This document shows positions 18,782-27,517 of a stretch of 58,346 bases of DNA, one piece after another. The stretch spans positions 1 through 58,346 of the forward strand of contig JBBTNS010000018.1 in NCBI GenBank assembly GCA_038067655.1, written 5' to 3'. Below the pieces are notes generated by a model. The model worked only from the letters and a program-made list of their open reading frames with translations. It was not told the origin of the DNA and did no database searches. This DNA is from Nitrospirota bacterium. Its GTDB lineage: Bacteria > Nitrospirota > Nitrospiria > SBBL01 > SBBA01. How positions within the stretch are numbered: position 1 is the stretch's first letter; each line of letters starts with the position of its first letter. The translations under genes were made by a program, and so were the position numbers.

Positions 18782-18835
18782 ACGGCAGTATTTCCTATCT
18801 CAAATTGGCAGGTATATTTTCTCATAATCTGGCAG

Positions 18836-18961
18836 TCACGTCAAAGTAGACGCCCAACGCGACGTTGGCGCCAGCCAATCCCAGAAGGCCGGGTAGAAGT
18901 CCAGACCGTAGTGCAGGTTCTTCGCGGACATGAACACATTGGTGTCCAGCAGATAGCTCAT
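18836..18961 (-). pseudogene. DUF4411 (PIN-like) protein, truncated after about 30 genuine residues
   Basis: MSYLLDTNVFMSAKNLHYGLDFYPAFWDWL is followed by unrelated residues and a stop. Its ATG overlaps the ImmA stop (ATGA). Full-length family members are about 160 aa. Confidence 0.6.
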
Positions 18962-19853
18962 ACCGTCACCCCCAGCTCGCGGGCCGCTTCGTAGAAGGTG
19001 GCCGTCTTGCGCATGCCCAACATGCGAAAGGCATCCGGGAACGAGGTCAAGCCCTCCAGCGTGCTGACCTTGAACTCGCGCGCCAGCCGCTGTATTTCGT
19101 CCGGAATTGGCGCGTTGCGCTGGTGCGCTGCTCGCAGATCCTCCATGGGCATCAGCAGTTCCGCTGCCACCTGGTTGCACCAGCGTTCTGTTTGCTGCTC
19201 GGGCAGCTCGCCCGCCTGCGTATCCGACACGCCCGTTGCAGCCACAAATGGGCGAGTTCATGCGCCAGCGTGAACATCTGGGCAGCCTTGCTGTCGGCAC
19301 CGTTCAAGAATACCAGCGGCGCAAGGCCGTCCGCCAGTGCGAAGCCGCGAAATTCGTCCACGTCCAGCTTGCGGTGGCTGTTGCTGCCCACCACGGAGCT
19401 GACCATTACCATCACCTCGGCGTCTTCGGCCTTGGCGATTAACTGGCGCAACGCGTCCGTCCATGTGGGCAACTGGCGACGCGCTTCGGTGGACAGGGCT
19501 AGCGTCTCGCGCAGGCTGGCACTGCCGACGAACGCCAAGGCAGGTAAGCCGTGCATGCGGGCATGGTCGCGGTACCAGTCCTGTCGCTGCTGGGTTCAGC
19601 GAGGGCCTCGTCGCGCAGGGTACGGAAGTCTGGCACCGGCAACGCCAGCTCTGGCGGTTGGGGCAGGAAGAAGTAGCCGAAGGCCGTGCGCGTGAGGCGC
19701 GCGAAACATTCCAGTTGCTTGAGCGTGGGCTGGGCCTCTCCGCTGAGCCACAAAGGCCACTTGGCGAAGCGAGCCGCTAGGTCGCCGTCGTTCAAGTGTG
19801 CGCGTTGCGCTGCCCAGCGAAGCACGGGGATGGAAGCTGCTACGGTTGTTCAT
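18958..19853 (-). pseudogene. HTH + ImmA/IrrE (DUF955) zinc metallopeptidase, with at least two internal frameshifts
   Basis: Three consecutive frame segments: LRWAAQRAHLNDGDL...PVPDFRTLRDEAL; QRQDWYRDHARMHGLPALAFVG...FTLAHELAHLWL (HExxH); and AATGVSDTQAGELPEQQTERWCNQVAAELLMP. Frame switches lie near 19600 and 19243. The SD-preceded ATG at 19853 is in yet another frame. Confidence 0.7.
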
Positions 19854-19916
19854 ACCACCCCCTTGGGCAATGTTGCCAGCGCCGTTTGCATCATCCCTGC
19901 GGCCAGCTCGCCCACC

Positions 19917-20528
19917 TACCGGTGGGTAGGCCCTCCTCGGCGTAAAGATATCGTGCTTCGCAAGGTGGGCGAAGAGCGAGCCCTTCGCGCTGAAGGCCGA
20001 TGACTGGGTGAGGGTATCGTAAAGGAAATCACGCCGCTGAAACCGGCCCTTGCCCAGATAGCCCCACTCGGCAAAGGTGATCGGCTGGCCGTCGTGGGTG
20101 CGCATCGTCAGCGCGTTGCCGTGCACGAGGTTCTGCGATAGGACCAAGGATGCCGCGCGATAGAGTTCGGCCGACTCATCCACGATTAGGTATTCCGCAA
20201 AAATCTCCAGCATCTTCGCGCGGCACTCGGCGATGTTGTCCTCCAAGAGCTCAATCCCGTAGGTGCACATTAGAGCGAGAAGGGCGTAGTGTCGCCTTTC
20301 AAAGTCGGACTTCCCGAACTTGAGTTCAACGGCCGCGAGCTTCCGTTGCAGGATGCGAACGAGGAAGTTCCCGCTCCCGCACGCCGGCTCCAGGAAGCGA
20401 GAGTCAATGCGTTCGGTCTCGTCTTTCACAAGATCGAGCATCGCTTCAACCATCCACGCCGGGGTGAAGACCTCCCCGTGGTCGGCGACGCGCTGTTTAG
20501 ACTTGACGTAGTTCATAGGCCGATGCAT
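19917..20528 (-). CDS. N6-adenine DNA methyltransferase-like protein (SAM-binding motif I only); 3' end aberrant
   Basis: HGEVFTPAWMVEAMLDL and FLEPACGSGNFLV resemble Eco57I/N6-MTase N-terminal regions. I see no NPPY-type motif. The ORF has no in-frame stop until 19596, well inside the ImmA pseudogene, and the tail is an Arg/Gly/Ala-rich out-of-frame read. Confidence 0.45.
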
Positions 20529-20625
20529 TTCAGGCGACGCTTCCTTGTTGTCACCGCAGGTTAACCAATTATTGTCTGGACGGTATCAAATTTTGAACGT
20601 GTAATCAATCAAGCCAGCGAGAGGA

Positions 20626-21035
20626 TGTCAGTGACAAATAGAGATGTCCGGTTTCAGAACACATAATCTGGAAGGTTTTGAGGCACCCTTTTTGAGAAAG
20701 GAGGGTGCTGATGAGACCAACAGAACCAAGACAGGAGATTCGGAAGATGAGATTTGAAGAAGCATATGAAGATTGGAAACAAAATCGTTTAACCCAAGAG
20801 GAAGCCGGAAGGATTCTTAGGGTCAGTGATCGGACATTTCGACGTTATTTGATTGGGTATGAAGCCGAGGGATTGGATGGCCTGTTGGATAAGCGTTTAT
20901 CCATAGGATTCGCCCCGGCGTGCGCCGGTCGATGAAGTGATCGCGCTAACGACAATGTATCGGTCGCATCATTTGGGCTGGAACGTAAAACATTTCTATG
21001 GTTTTTACAAGAGAACAGACTTTTGGAAAGTACCT
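20626..21035 (+). mobile_element. ISNCY-like IS remnant: 5' end plus the first ~100 transposase codons (frameshifted, 3'-truncated)
   Basis: The RBS AAGGAGG and ATG at 20711 give MRPTEPRQEIRKMRFEEAYEDWKQNRLTQEEAGRILRVSDRTFRRYLIGYEAEGLDGLLDKRLS. After a frameshift near 20915 it reads RAPVDEVIALTTMYRSHHLGWNVKHFYGFYKR. Homology is lost where gtrA ends (21039). Confidence 0.6.
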
Positions 21036-21038
21036 GAC

Positions 21039-21419
21039 TCATCTAAAAGTGATGTATTTATGCCCAAGGTAATTGGTGATCGCCACGCCCCCTTTGGCCA
21101 GCGCCGAACCCCACAAGTACCACCATCCCAATATTTCGACACTAACAACAATAATCAGGCTATTTAAAACTAAACCGATTGTAAGGATGGAAAAAAAAGA
21201 AAACAATTCTCCGGCACTAATCGCACCCCGACTTTGAAAGGTGATATATTTTTGTAAAAGGTATCCGATCATCCCAACGGATAGAAAAGCCACCGTTGCG
21301 GAGAGGAGAATGCTCAGGTGAATGTATTCCACGAGAGCATACATAAAACTCATATCTAACAGCGCACAAAATCCGCCCACAAATCCAAATTTAAAGAGCT
21401 GTTTTAATTCCCGTCCCAT
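21039..21419 (-). CDS. GtrA-family membrane protein
   Basis: 126 aa with four TM helices and FKFGFVGGFCALLDMSFMYALV; lies downstream of a GT2 polyprenol-phosphate glycosyltransferase. Confidence 0.75.
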   Translation of the reverse strand: MGRELKQLFKFGFVGGFCALLDMSFMYALVEYIHLSILLSATVAFLSVGMIGYLLQKYITFQSRGAISAGELFSFFSILTIGLVLNSLIIVVSVEILGWWYLWGSALAKGGVAITNYLGHKYITFR

Positions 21420-21457
21420 TCCACATACATTTTTGAAAATAATTCAGTTCCCATTCC

Positions 21458-22378
21458 CTATGACTTCCTCCTTTGGATAGAGGAGTAAATCTCATTGAAT
21501 CGATTCTTGATGCTATCCAACACCAATCCAATTCCTATTAAAAGGACACTGGATAAAACAAGACCCACTGAAAGAATGGCCAGAGGAACATGGGTTATGA
21601 ACCGTGTCTCAATAAATTCCAATACCACAACCAGCCCACTGGCTGCTCCAGAGATAAAGAGAAAAGCCGAAGAGACACCAAAAAAGAGAAGCGGCTTGTA
21701 ATCCCTCAAAATCATGAGAATCTCCATGATAACCTTGTATCCATCCTTGATTGTGCTTAACTTGGAAAAACTGCCCTCGGGCCGCTCTCGATAAGGGATC
21801 CCAACCTCTTGGATAACGAGCCCCTTGTTCAAACACTGTAGGGTTAACTCTGTTTCAACCTCAAAGCCTTTTGCCATAATCGTAATGCCATCTATGACTT
21901 TCTTGGACATCACCCTGTACCCCGACATAATATCTTTCAGTGATACACCAAACAACGTATTAACGAGCCATCTCACTAGGCCATTTCCCATAACATGAAG
22001 GGGCCTAAACGCATGTTCCTCATAAACAAGCAGACGATTCCCCACCACCATGTCGGCTTGATCCTCTATGACCGGCTTCAACAAGTCGGTCACGTGTTCT
22101 GCAGGGTAGGTATCATCTCCATCAACCATGACGTAATAATCGGCCTCCACTATTTCGAACATTGATTGAACAACATGGCCCTTGCCTTTTTTCTTTTCTC
22201 GGATAACCACTGCCCCAGAGGCTTTTGCCACCTCTGCTGTCTTGTCGGTACTGTTGTTATCAAAGACATATATTTTTGCCAAGGGGATTGCATTACGAAA
22301 ATCCTTTACAACCTTGCCAACCGTTATTTCTTCATTGAAACAGGGAATCAGAATGGCGATTGTTTTTTCTGGACTCAT
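21458..22378 (-). CDS. Family 2 glycosyltransferase (polyprenol-phosphate sugar synthase, GtrB/DPM1-like)
   Basis: IAILIPCFNEE, FDNNSTDKT and MVDGDDTY (DxD), plus two C-terminal TM helices. Confidence 0.8.
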   Translation of the reverse strand: MSPEKTIAILIPCFNEEITVGKVVKDFRNAIPLAKIYVFDNNSTDKTAEVAKASGAVVIREKKKGKGHVVQSMFEIVEADYYVMVDGDDTYPAEHVTDLLKPVIEDQADMVVGNRLLVYEEHAFRPLHVMGNGLVRWLVNTLFGVSLKDIMSGYRVMSKKVIDGITIMAKGFEVETELTLQCLNKGLVIQEVGIPYRERPEGSFSKLSTIKDGYKVIMEILMILRDYKPLLFFGVSSAFLFISGAASGLVVVLEFIETRFITHVPLAILSVGLVLSSVLLIGIGLVLDSIKNRFNEIYSSIQRRKS

Positions 22379-24033
22379 CTCTGTGTTACCTCATAAATCA
22401 CAATAGATTTCTTTTCAGTTAATCTTCGCATGGTTCCCCCTATTTTTTCAATAAAAGTAGTTGGCAGCAAGTGGTTTTTTTCTATAAAAGAGACGGCCTC
22501 TGCCACAAAAATCATTGACAACCCCGGAGTGAGTTCAATGGTTTCTTTTAGTGCCCAATGCGCTGGCGGATTATGGACTTCGAATGGGTAATCCAGGGCA
22601 GCGCCTTTATGCGGCCTGAAGTATTCTTCTTTGCCGATAATCACCCAGTCCCCTTTTTGAGGATGAAAGGAGATTTCCTTTTTTTCCCATGTTCTGTAAT
22701 TTAGACCCGCGTACGGAATGAATCGGTCTCCCCCCTCTACCCCTAATAGGAACTCAAGAGCCGGTTTTAGCCTGGGATCTGAATAGAATTTTCCGGCCGG
22801 TTGATCAGCAATAAGCGGGACAATCCGTTCAGCGACCGTCGATGTTGTGTTTTTATAGAATTCTTTGCAAAATGCAGCGCTGCCCAGAGACGAAAGCAAA
22901 AGAATAATAACAATAAAGCCCTTCACTGGCTTCTTTAGGCAGAACAAAAACCGGCTGATGACTAAAAGAACGGGAGGATTCATAAACGATAAATACTTCG
23001 CCAGTTTAGGAAGCGGCAAATACTCGGTTAAAGATCCAGATCCAAATTGAAGATAGAGATAAGGGACCAAAAACCATGCGAATAGTCTTAAAGACATTTT
23101 GTGATTGAGAAAAAGATAGACAACAGAAACGACGAAGACATAGAAAAAGAGTCCGGTCTGATGAATCGCAAAAAACATATGCCGAATGTACTGGTTGGGA
23201 AGAGAGACATTTCTTTCGAGTTCTACATGTTTTAACATCGTTTTTACATCCGAACCCACCGCTGTTAACCGATAAAACCAGATGTCCGTATGAACAAAAT
23301 AGAAAATCTGTTCCCCGGCAAAAATAACGGCAAATCCAAAAACAATCAGAGTGTATTCCCAAAGGATTCTCTTGGCCTGCCAACTGTCGATCAGGCCAAA
23401 AATACCAAAAACACCCAATATCAAAATCATGGGCTCTTTTGCCAAATAACCGAAACCAATGGATATTCCACACAACACAAATGCGCCATATCTTTTAACA
23501 AGACCACTCTCTCCAGCATTTTCTTTGGCAATTAAATAAAATAAGAACGAAACCAGTGAGAAAAATTCCAGGACGGGTTCTGGCGTGAGGGTGGTACTCA
23601 CAATCACACTTAAAGGCACAAAAGCGTATAGTAAAGATGCCAGCAAAGCCGTATTTTCATCTCTAAAATATTTGTTTGCACAAAAAAAGATCAGAACAAC
23701 TGAAGCGATGGAACAAAGAAATGGCCACAAAAAAAGTGCAACCTTAGACACACCAAAAACCCACATAAAAAAACTGGCTGGAACAATAATCCCGGTCCGT
23801 AGCGCAAAATGATGAGGGCTAATCCAAGGGGTCCCATTCATTATTCGCATGGCCGTATGGGCATAGCTGAGCTCGTCATTGGTTCCAAGGGGCATAACAA
23901 AAATAAGCCGAATCAAAGCAGCCAGTAAGACCGTCAAGGAAAGAGTGCTCATGGCTTTTTTTGACAAATTGCACTTCGTTGCTAACTCACTCCAGCCGTT
24001 AGAGACTAAGCGGATTATTGAGCTGTTCATCAT
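22375..24033 (-). CDS. ArnT/PMT-like (GT39/GT83-type) polytopic glycosyltransferase
   Basis: Large multi-TM N-terminal region with a soluble C-terminal domain. Overlaps the GT2 gene start. The start codon is uncertain (24033 or 23952; the ORF is open to 24168). Confidence 0.55.
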   Translation of the reverse strand: MMNSSIIRLVSNGWSELATKCNLSKKAMSTLSLTVLLAALIRLIFVMPLGTNDELSYAHTAMRIMNGTPWISPHHFALRTGIIVPASFFMWVFGVSKVALFLWPFLCSIASVVLIFFCANKYFRDENTALLASLLYAFVPLSVIVSTTLTPEPVLEFFSLVSFLFYLIAKENAGESGLVKRYGAFVLCGISIGFGYLAKEPMILILGVFGIFGLIDSWQAKRILWEYTLIVFGFAVIFAGEQIFYFVHTDIWFYRLTAVGSDVKTMLKHVELERNVSLPNQYIRHMFFAIHQTGLFFYVFVVSVVYLFLNHKMSLRLFAWFLVPYLYLQFGSGSLTEYLPLPKLAKYLSFMNPPVLLVISRFLFCLKKPVKGFIVIILLLSSLGSAAFCKEFYKNTTSTVAERIVPLIADQPAGKFYSDPRLKPALEFLLGVEGGDRFIPYAGLNYRTWEKKEISFHPQKGDWVIIGKEEYFRPHKGAALDYPFEVHNPPAHWALKETIELTPGLSMIFVAEAVSFIEKNHLLPTTFIEKIGGTMRRLTEKKSIVIYEVTQR

Positions 24034-24320
24034 CGTATTGGCTTCATGTGGCGTTATGTTGTTGTGTGACCTTTGATAATCAAAAAACGCTGGGTAAGGG
24101 CTTGTAACTGCCTTCCTCCTTCTCGCAATTTTAAGAGCTGTGGAGCGACCCACGGTACCATAAACCATTTAAATTATGCTACTCCCAAAAAACGAGAGAG
24201 CGGCCATTCACGGTAATCGGTATAGACATAAGTGACAGGCCCAATACATTCCCTTTACATCACTCCAAACCCCGTTGTAGAATCAAGATTGATTTAATCC
24301 TATTTAATAAGGAGTAGCGG

Positions 24321-25877
24321 ATGTCAGTTCAAGGAGATCGTTTTCGAAAGCTTTCGGGCACTGTATTTTTATTGCTAATTGGTACTGTTGTTGGAGTCAC
24401 GTTGGTTTCGGAGTTTCGCCTAATGCCAGTTGGAGAAGCGGTAAGCGACTTGGTAAAAGGAAAGAAAGAAGCGGGTTTTTCTGCCAAAGATGATATCCTT
24501 CCGTCTAATCAGATTTTCGTAAAAATTGCGAAGGCGGTGACGCCTGCTGTGGTAAATATCTCTACAACACGCATTATCAAAAGCAGCGGCGGGGGCGGAG
24601 GACAGAATTTCCCCTTTAACGATCCCCTTTTTAGGCGATTTTTTGGAGACGAAGACCCCTTTGGCGGTCACAGAAAAAACGCTCCGCCTCGGCAACGGAA
24701 AGAACAAAGTCTGGGGTCAGGCGTTATTGTATCCTCTGATGGGTTGATTATCACCAACAATCATGTGGTCGAGGGGGCCGATGAGATTAAAGTTTCGTTG
24801 GAAGATAAGCGAGAGTTTAAGGGGAAGGTCGTTGGAAAAGATAAAAAAAGTGATATCGCGGTTATTCGAATTGACGCAACCGACTTAACAACCGTTCCGT
24901 GGAGCGACTCTGACAAGCTGGAGGTGGGAGAATATGTGGTCGCCATTGGAAATCCGTTTGGCTTGAACCAAACGGTGACGATGGGGATTGTCTCGGCCAT
25001 TGGACGTGCCAATGTTGGTATTGCTGATTATGAAGATTTTATACAAACCGATGCCGCGATTAACCCGGGCAATTCTGGGGGCGCGTTGGTGAATATTCGC
25101 GGGGAGTTAGTCGGGATTAACACCGCGATCTTCACGCGAAGCGGCGGTTATATGGGGGTGGGTTTCGCCGTACCCAGCAACATGGTTCGATCCATTATGG
25201 ACTCTCTTGTTGCAACCGGCAAGGTTTCCCGCGGCTGGCTGGGAGTTTCTATTCAAGATATTACCCCCGCATTGGGGAAAGAATTTGGACTCTCTGCAGA
25301 GAATTCCAAAGGATCGCTTGTGACGGATGTCATGCCCGACTCCCCTGCGGCAAAAGCGGGGCTTAAGCGAGGCGATGTCATTCTCTCTTTCATGGGACAC
25401 GAGGTTGACGATGCCAGTCATTTACGCAATCTGGTTGCGCGAGCGTCTGTTTCAAGTCGTGCCTCTTTGAAAATCATGCGGGACAAAAAAGAAAAGGATA
25501 TTACCGTAACACTCTCCGAACAGCCGAAAGAGGTGGCACAAAAGGGGGAAAAGGGGGAGTTTTTTGAGCTCGATCAGGAGCCCGCCGGGCTTTTTGGTTT
25601 TTCCGTACACGATATTTCTCCCGAAATAGCGGAACAGTTTGATCTTTCTCCAAAGGAGAGAGGGGTTGTGATCGTACAGGTAGAGACTGGAAGTCTTGCC
25701 GAAGAGTCGGGGCTTCGGGAGGGGGATATCGTTATGGAAGTGAATAGAAAGGCAGTCTCTGATTTAAAAGGTTACGAAAGACTTTTTTCAAAAATAAAAA
25801 AGGGCGATTCTGTGCTATTTCTTATTAACCGTCAAGGAAATAGATTTTTTATCAATCTCTCTCCAGAAAACGGCTAA
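24321..25877 (+). CDS. htrA: Periplasmic serine endoprotease DegP/DegQ/HtrA with two PDZ domains
   Basis: Catalytic triad contexts TNNHVV, DIAVIRI and GNSGGALVN, followed by two PDZ-like segments. Confidence 0.9.
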   Translation: MSVQGDRFRKLSGTVFLLLIGTVVGVTLVSEFRLMPVGEAVSDLVKGKKEAGFSAKDDILPSNQIFVKIAKAVTPAVVNISTTRIIKSSGGGGGQNFPFNDPLFRRFFGDEDPFGGHRKNAPPRQRKEQSLGSGVIVSSDGLIITNNHVVEGADEIKVSLEDKREFKGKVVGKDKKSDIAVIRIDATDLTTVPWSDSDKLEVGEYVVAIGNPFGLNQTVTMGIVSAIGRANVGIADYEDFIQTDAAINPGNSGGALVNIRGELVGINTAIFTRSGGYMGVGFAVPSNMVRSIMDSLVATGKVSRGWLGVSIQDITPALGKEFGLSAENSKGSLVTDVMPDSPAAKAGLKRGDVILSFMGHEVDDASHLRNLVARASVSSRASLKIMRDKKEKDITVTLSEQPKEVAQKGEKGEFFELDQEPAGLFGFSVHDISPEIAEQFDLSPKERGVVIVQVETGSLAEESGLREGDIVMEVNRKAVSDLKGYERLFSKIKKGDSVLFLINRQGNRFFINLSPENG

Positions 25878-25938
25878 GGCTTCCTTCTGTCTTTTCGTGA
25901 CTTCTTTTTTCGTTCGCTTTTGAGTAGAGGGAAACGAT

Positions 25939-26796
25939 ATGTTGAGTGCCAAAAGAATTTTGTGGGCGCTATTTGGATTCACTGCTGGGCTTTTTGTCAG
26001 CAGCCTCGCCTATTTTGTCATTGATCCGATCTTATTTCCGCTACCGACCACCTCATTTGTCGTCTGGAAGATTTGCTCGCTCTTATTTTTCATCACGCTT
26101 GGAATTGTCTTTGCGTTAAAGATTGAGAAAACGCCTGGCCTTTTGACCTTGCGCCGAGAGATGGGCTGCGAGGGCGCGACGAGCAAGATACTGGATACCA
26201 GTGTCATTATTGATGGACGAATTGCCGACCTTTGTGAGACTGGTTTTTTGGAGGGGACATTTATTATTCCTCAATTTGTTCTGCAGGAGCTGCAATATAT
26301 TGCGGATTCGGGGGAGGTCAGCAAGCGGGTTCGAGGGAAACGCGGCCTCGATATTCTTCACCGCCTTCAGAAGCTTGCAAACTTCGATCTTCGTATTGTG
26401 GATGATGACTTTCCAAATATCCGTGAAGTGGATGCAAAGATTGTTGCGTTGGCAAAACAGATTTCGGCAAAGGTCGTGACCCATGATATGAATCTCAACA
26501 AAGTGGCTACGCTTCAGGGGGTTTTTGTTTTGAATATTAATCAACTATCAAGCGCGTTAAAGCCCGTTGTCCTTCCAGGAGAGGTTCTGAGTGTTTTTAT
26601 TTCAAAGGAGGGGAAAGAGCCATCACAAGGGATCGCTTATATGGAAGATGGCACAATGATTGTGATTGATGATGCCCGAAAATCCATTGGGAAAAGAGTC
26701 GAAGTCTCGGTGACCAGCATGTTACAAAACCCAGGCGGGAGAATGATCTTTGCGAGGATAAAGGGAGAATTACCAGAGCGAAGAACTAGCCTATGA
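25939..26796 (+). CDS. Membrane-anchored PIN + TRAM domain protein (YacL-like)
   Basis: Two N-terminal TM helices, a PIN-like core (ILDTSVIIDGRI...THDMNLNKVA) and a C-terminal TRAM-like GKRVEVSVTSMLQNPGGRMIFARI. Lies upstream of ispD/ispF. Confidence 0.7.
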   Translation: MLSAKRILWALFGFTAGLFVSSLAYFVIDPILFPLPTTSFVVWKICSLLFFITLGIVFALKIEKTPGLLTLRREMGCEGATSKILDTSVIIDGRIADLCETGFLEGTFIIPQFVLQELQYIADSGEVSKRVRGKRGLDILHRLQKLANFDLRIVDDDFPNIREVDAKIVALAKQISAKVVTHDMNLNKVATLQGVFVLNINQLSSALKPVVLPGEVLSVFISKEGKEPSQGIAYMEDGTMIVIDDARKSIGKRVEVSVTSMLQNPGGRMIFARIKGELPERRTSL

Positions 26797-26821
26797 TATA
26801 CAATCTTCCTATATTATTTTA

Positions 26822-27517
26822 ATGACTCATGCGATTATTGTTGCGGCCGGCGCAGGAAAACGGGCGGGCGGTACATTAAAAAAACAATTTGCCTCGATTG
26901 CGGGCGAGATTGTTCTGATTCAAACGCTGGCGGTCTTTCAAGCCTCTGTATTCATTGATACGATTGTTTGCGTTATTGCAAAATGCGATCAAGCCCATTT
27001 TGAAGATTTAATAAAACGCCATCCGATCTCGAAAATAAAAGGGGTTGTTGAAGGGGGCTCGTCCCGTCAGGACTCAACTGCAGCGGGTCTCTTTTTTTTG
27101 GAAAGGCATTATCATCAGACCGATTTTGTTGTGATACACGATGGGGCCAGGCCATTTGTGACAACCAAGCTAATTGAACGGGTGATCAAAGCGGCATCTT
27201 TGTCATGCGGTGCCATTGCCGCGATGCCAATGACCGATACGCTAAAGCAAGTCTCGCCTCGTGGTGAAATTATGCGATCACTTTCACGGGACGAAATTTG
27301 GGGGGCGCAAACCCCTCAGGTTTTCCCGTTGGGATTGCTGTCCGACGCAATTCGAAATGCGAAAGCCGAATGTTTTGTCGGGACAGACGAAGCGGCGCTT
27401 TTTGAGCGGATGGGATATCCGGTCTTGTGTGTCGAAGGAGAGATCGACAATATTAAAATTACCACCGCATCTGATTTTAATCGGGCCGAAAAAATTGCCC
27501 GGGAGCGTTTGATATGA
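26822..27517 (+). CDS. ispD: 2-C-methyl-D-erythritol 4-phosphate cytidylyltransferase
   Basis: AIIVAAGAGKRAGG...KKQF, VIHDGARPF. Overlaps the ispF start. Confidence 0.9.
   Translation: MTHAIIVAAGAGKRAGGTLKKQFASIAGEIVLIQTLAVFQASVFIDTIVCVIAKCDQAHFEDLIKRHPISKIKGVVEGGSSRQDSTAAGLFFLERHYHQTDFVVIHDGARPFVTTKLIERVIKAASLSCGAIAAMPMTDTLKQVSPRGEIMRSLSRDEIWGAQTPQVFPLGLLSDAIRNAKAECFVGTDEAALFERMGYPVLCVEGEIDNIKITTASDFNRAEKIARERLI

Noticed and set aside
19596-19916. C-terminal ~105 residues of ORF 19596..20528 (GGRAGRRDDANGAG...ARRGPR) as a real extension of the methyltransferase-like protein.
   Set aside because: The composition is Arg/Gly/Ala low complexity. The stretch runs through the Shine-Dalgarno sequence, the ATG and the first third of the ImmA/IrrE pseudogene in a different frame. 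It is a read-through artefact of a lost stop, not a domain.
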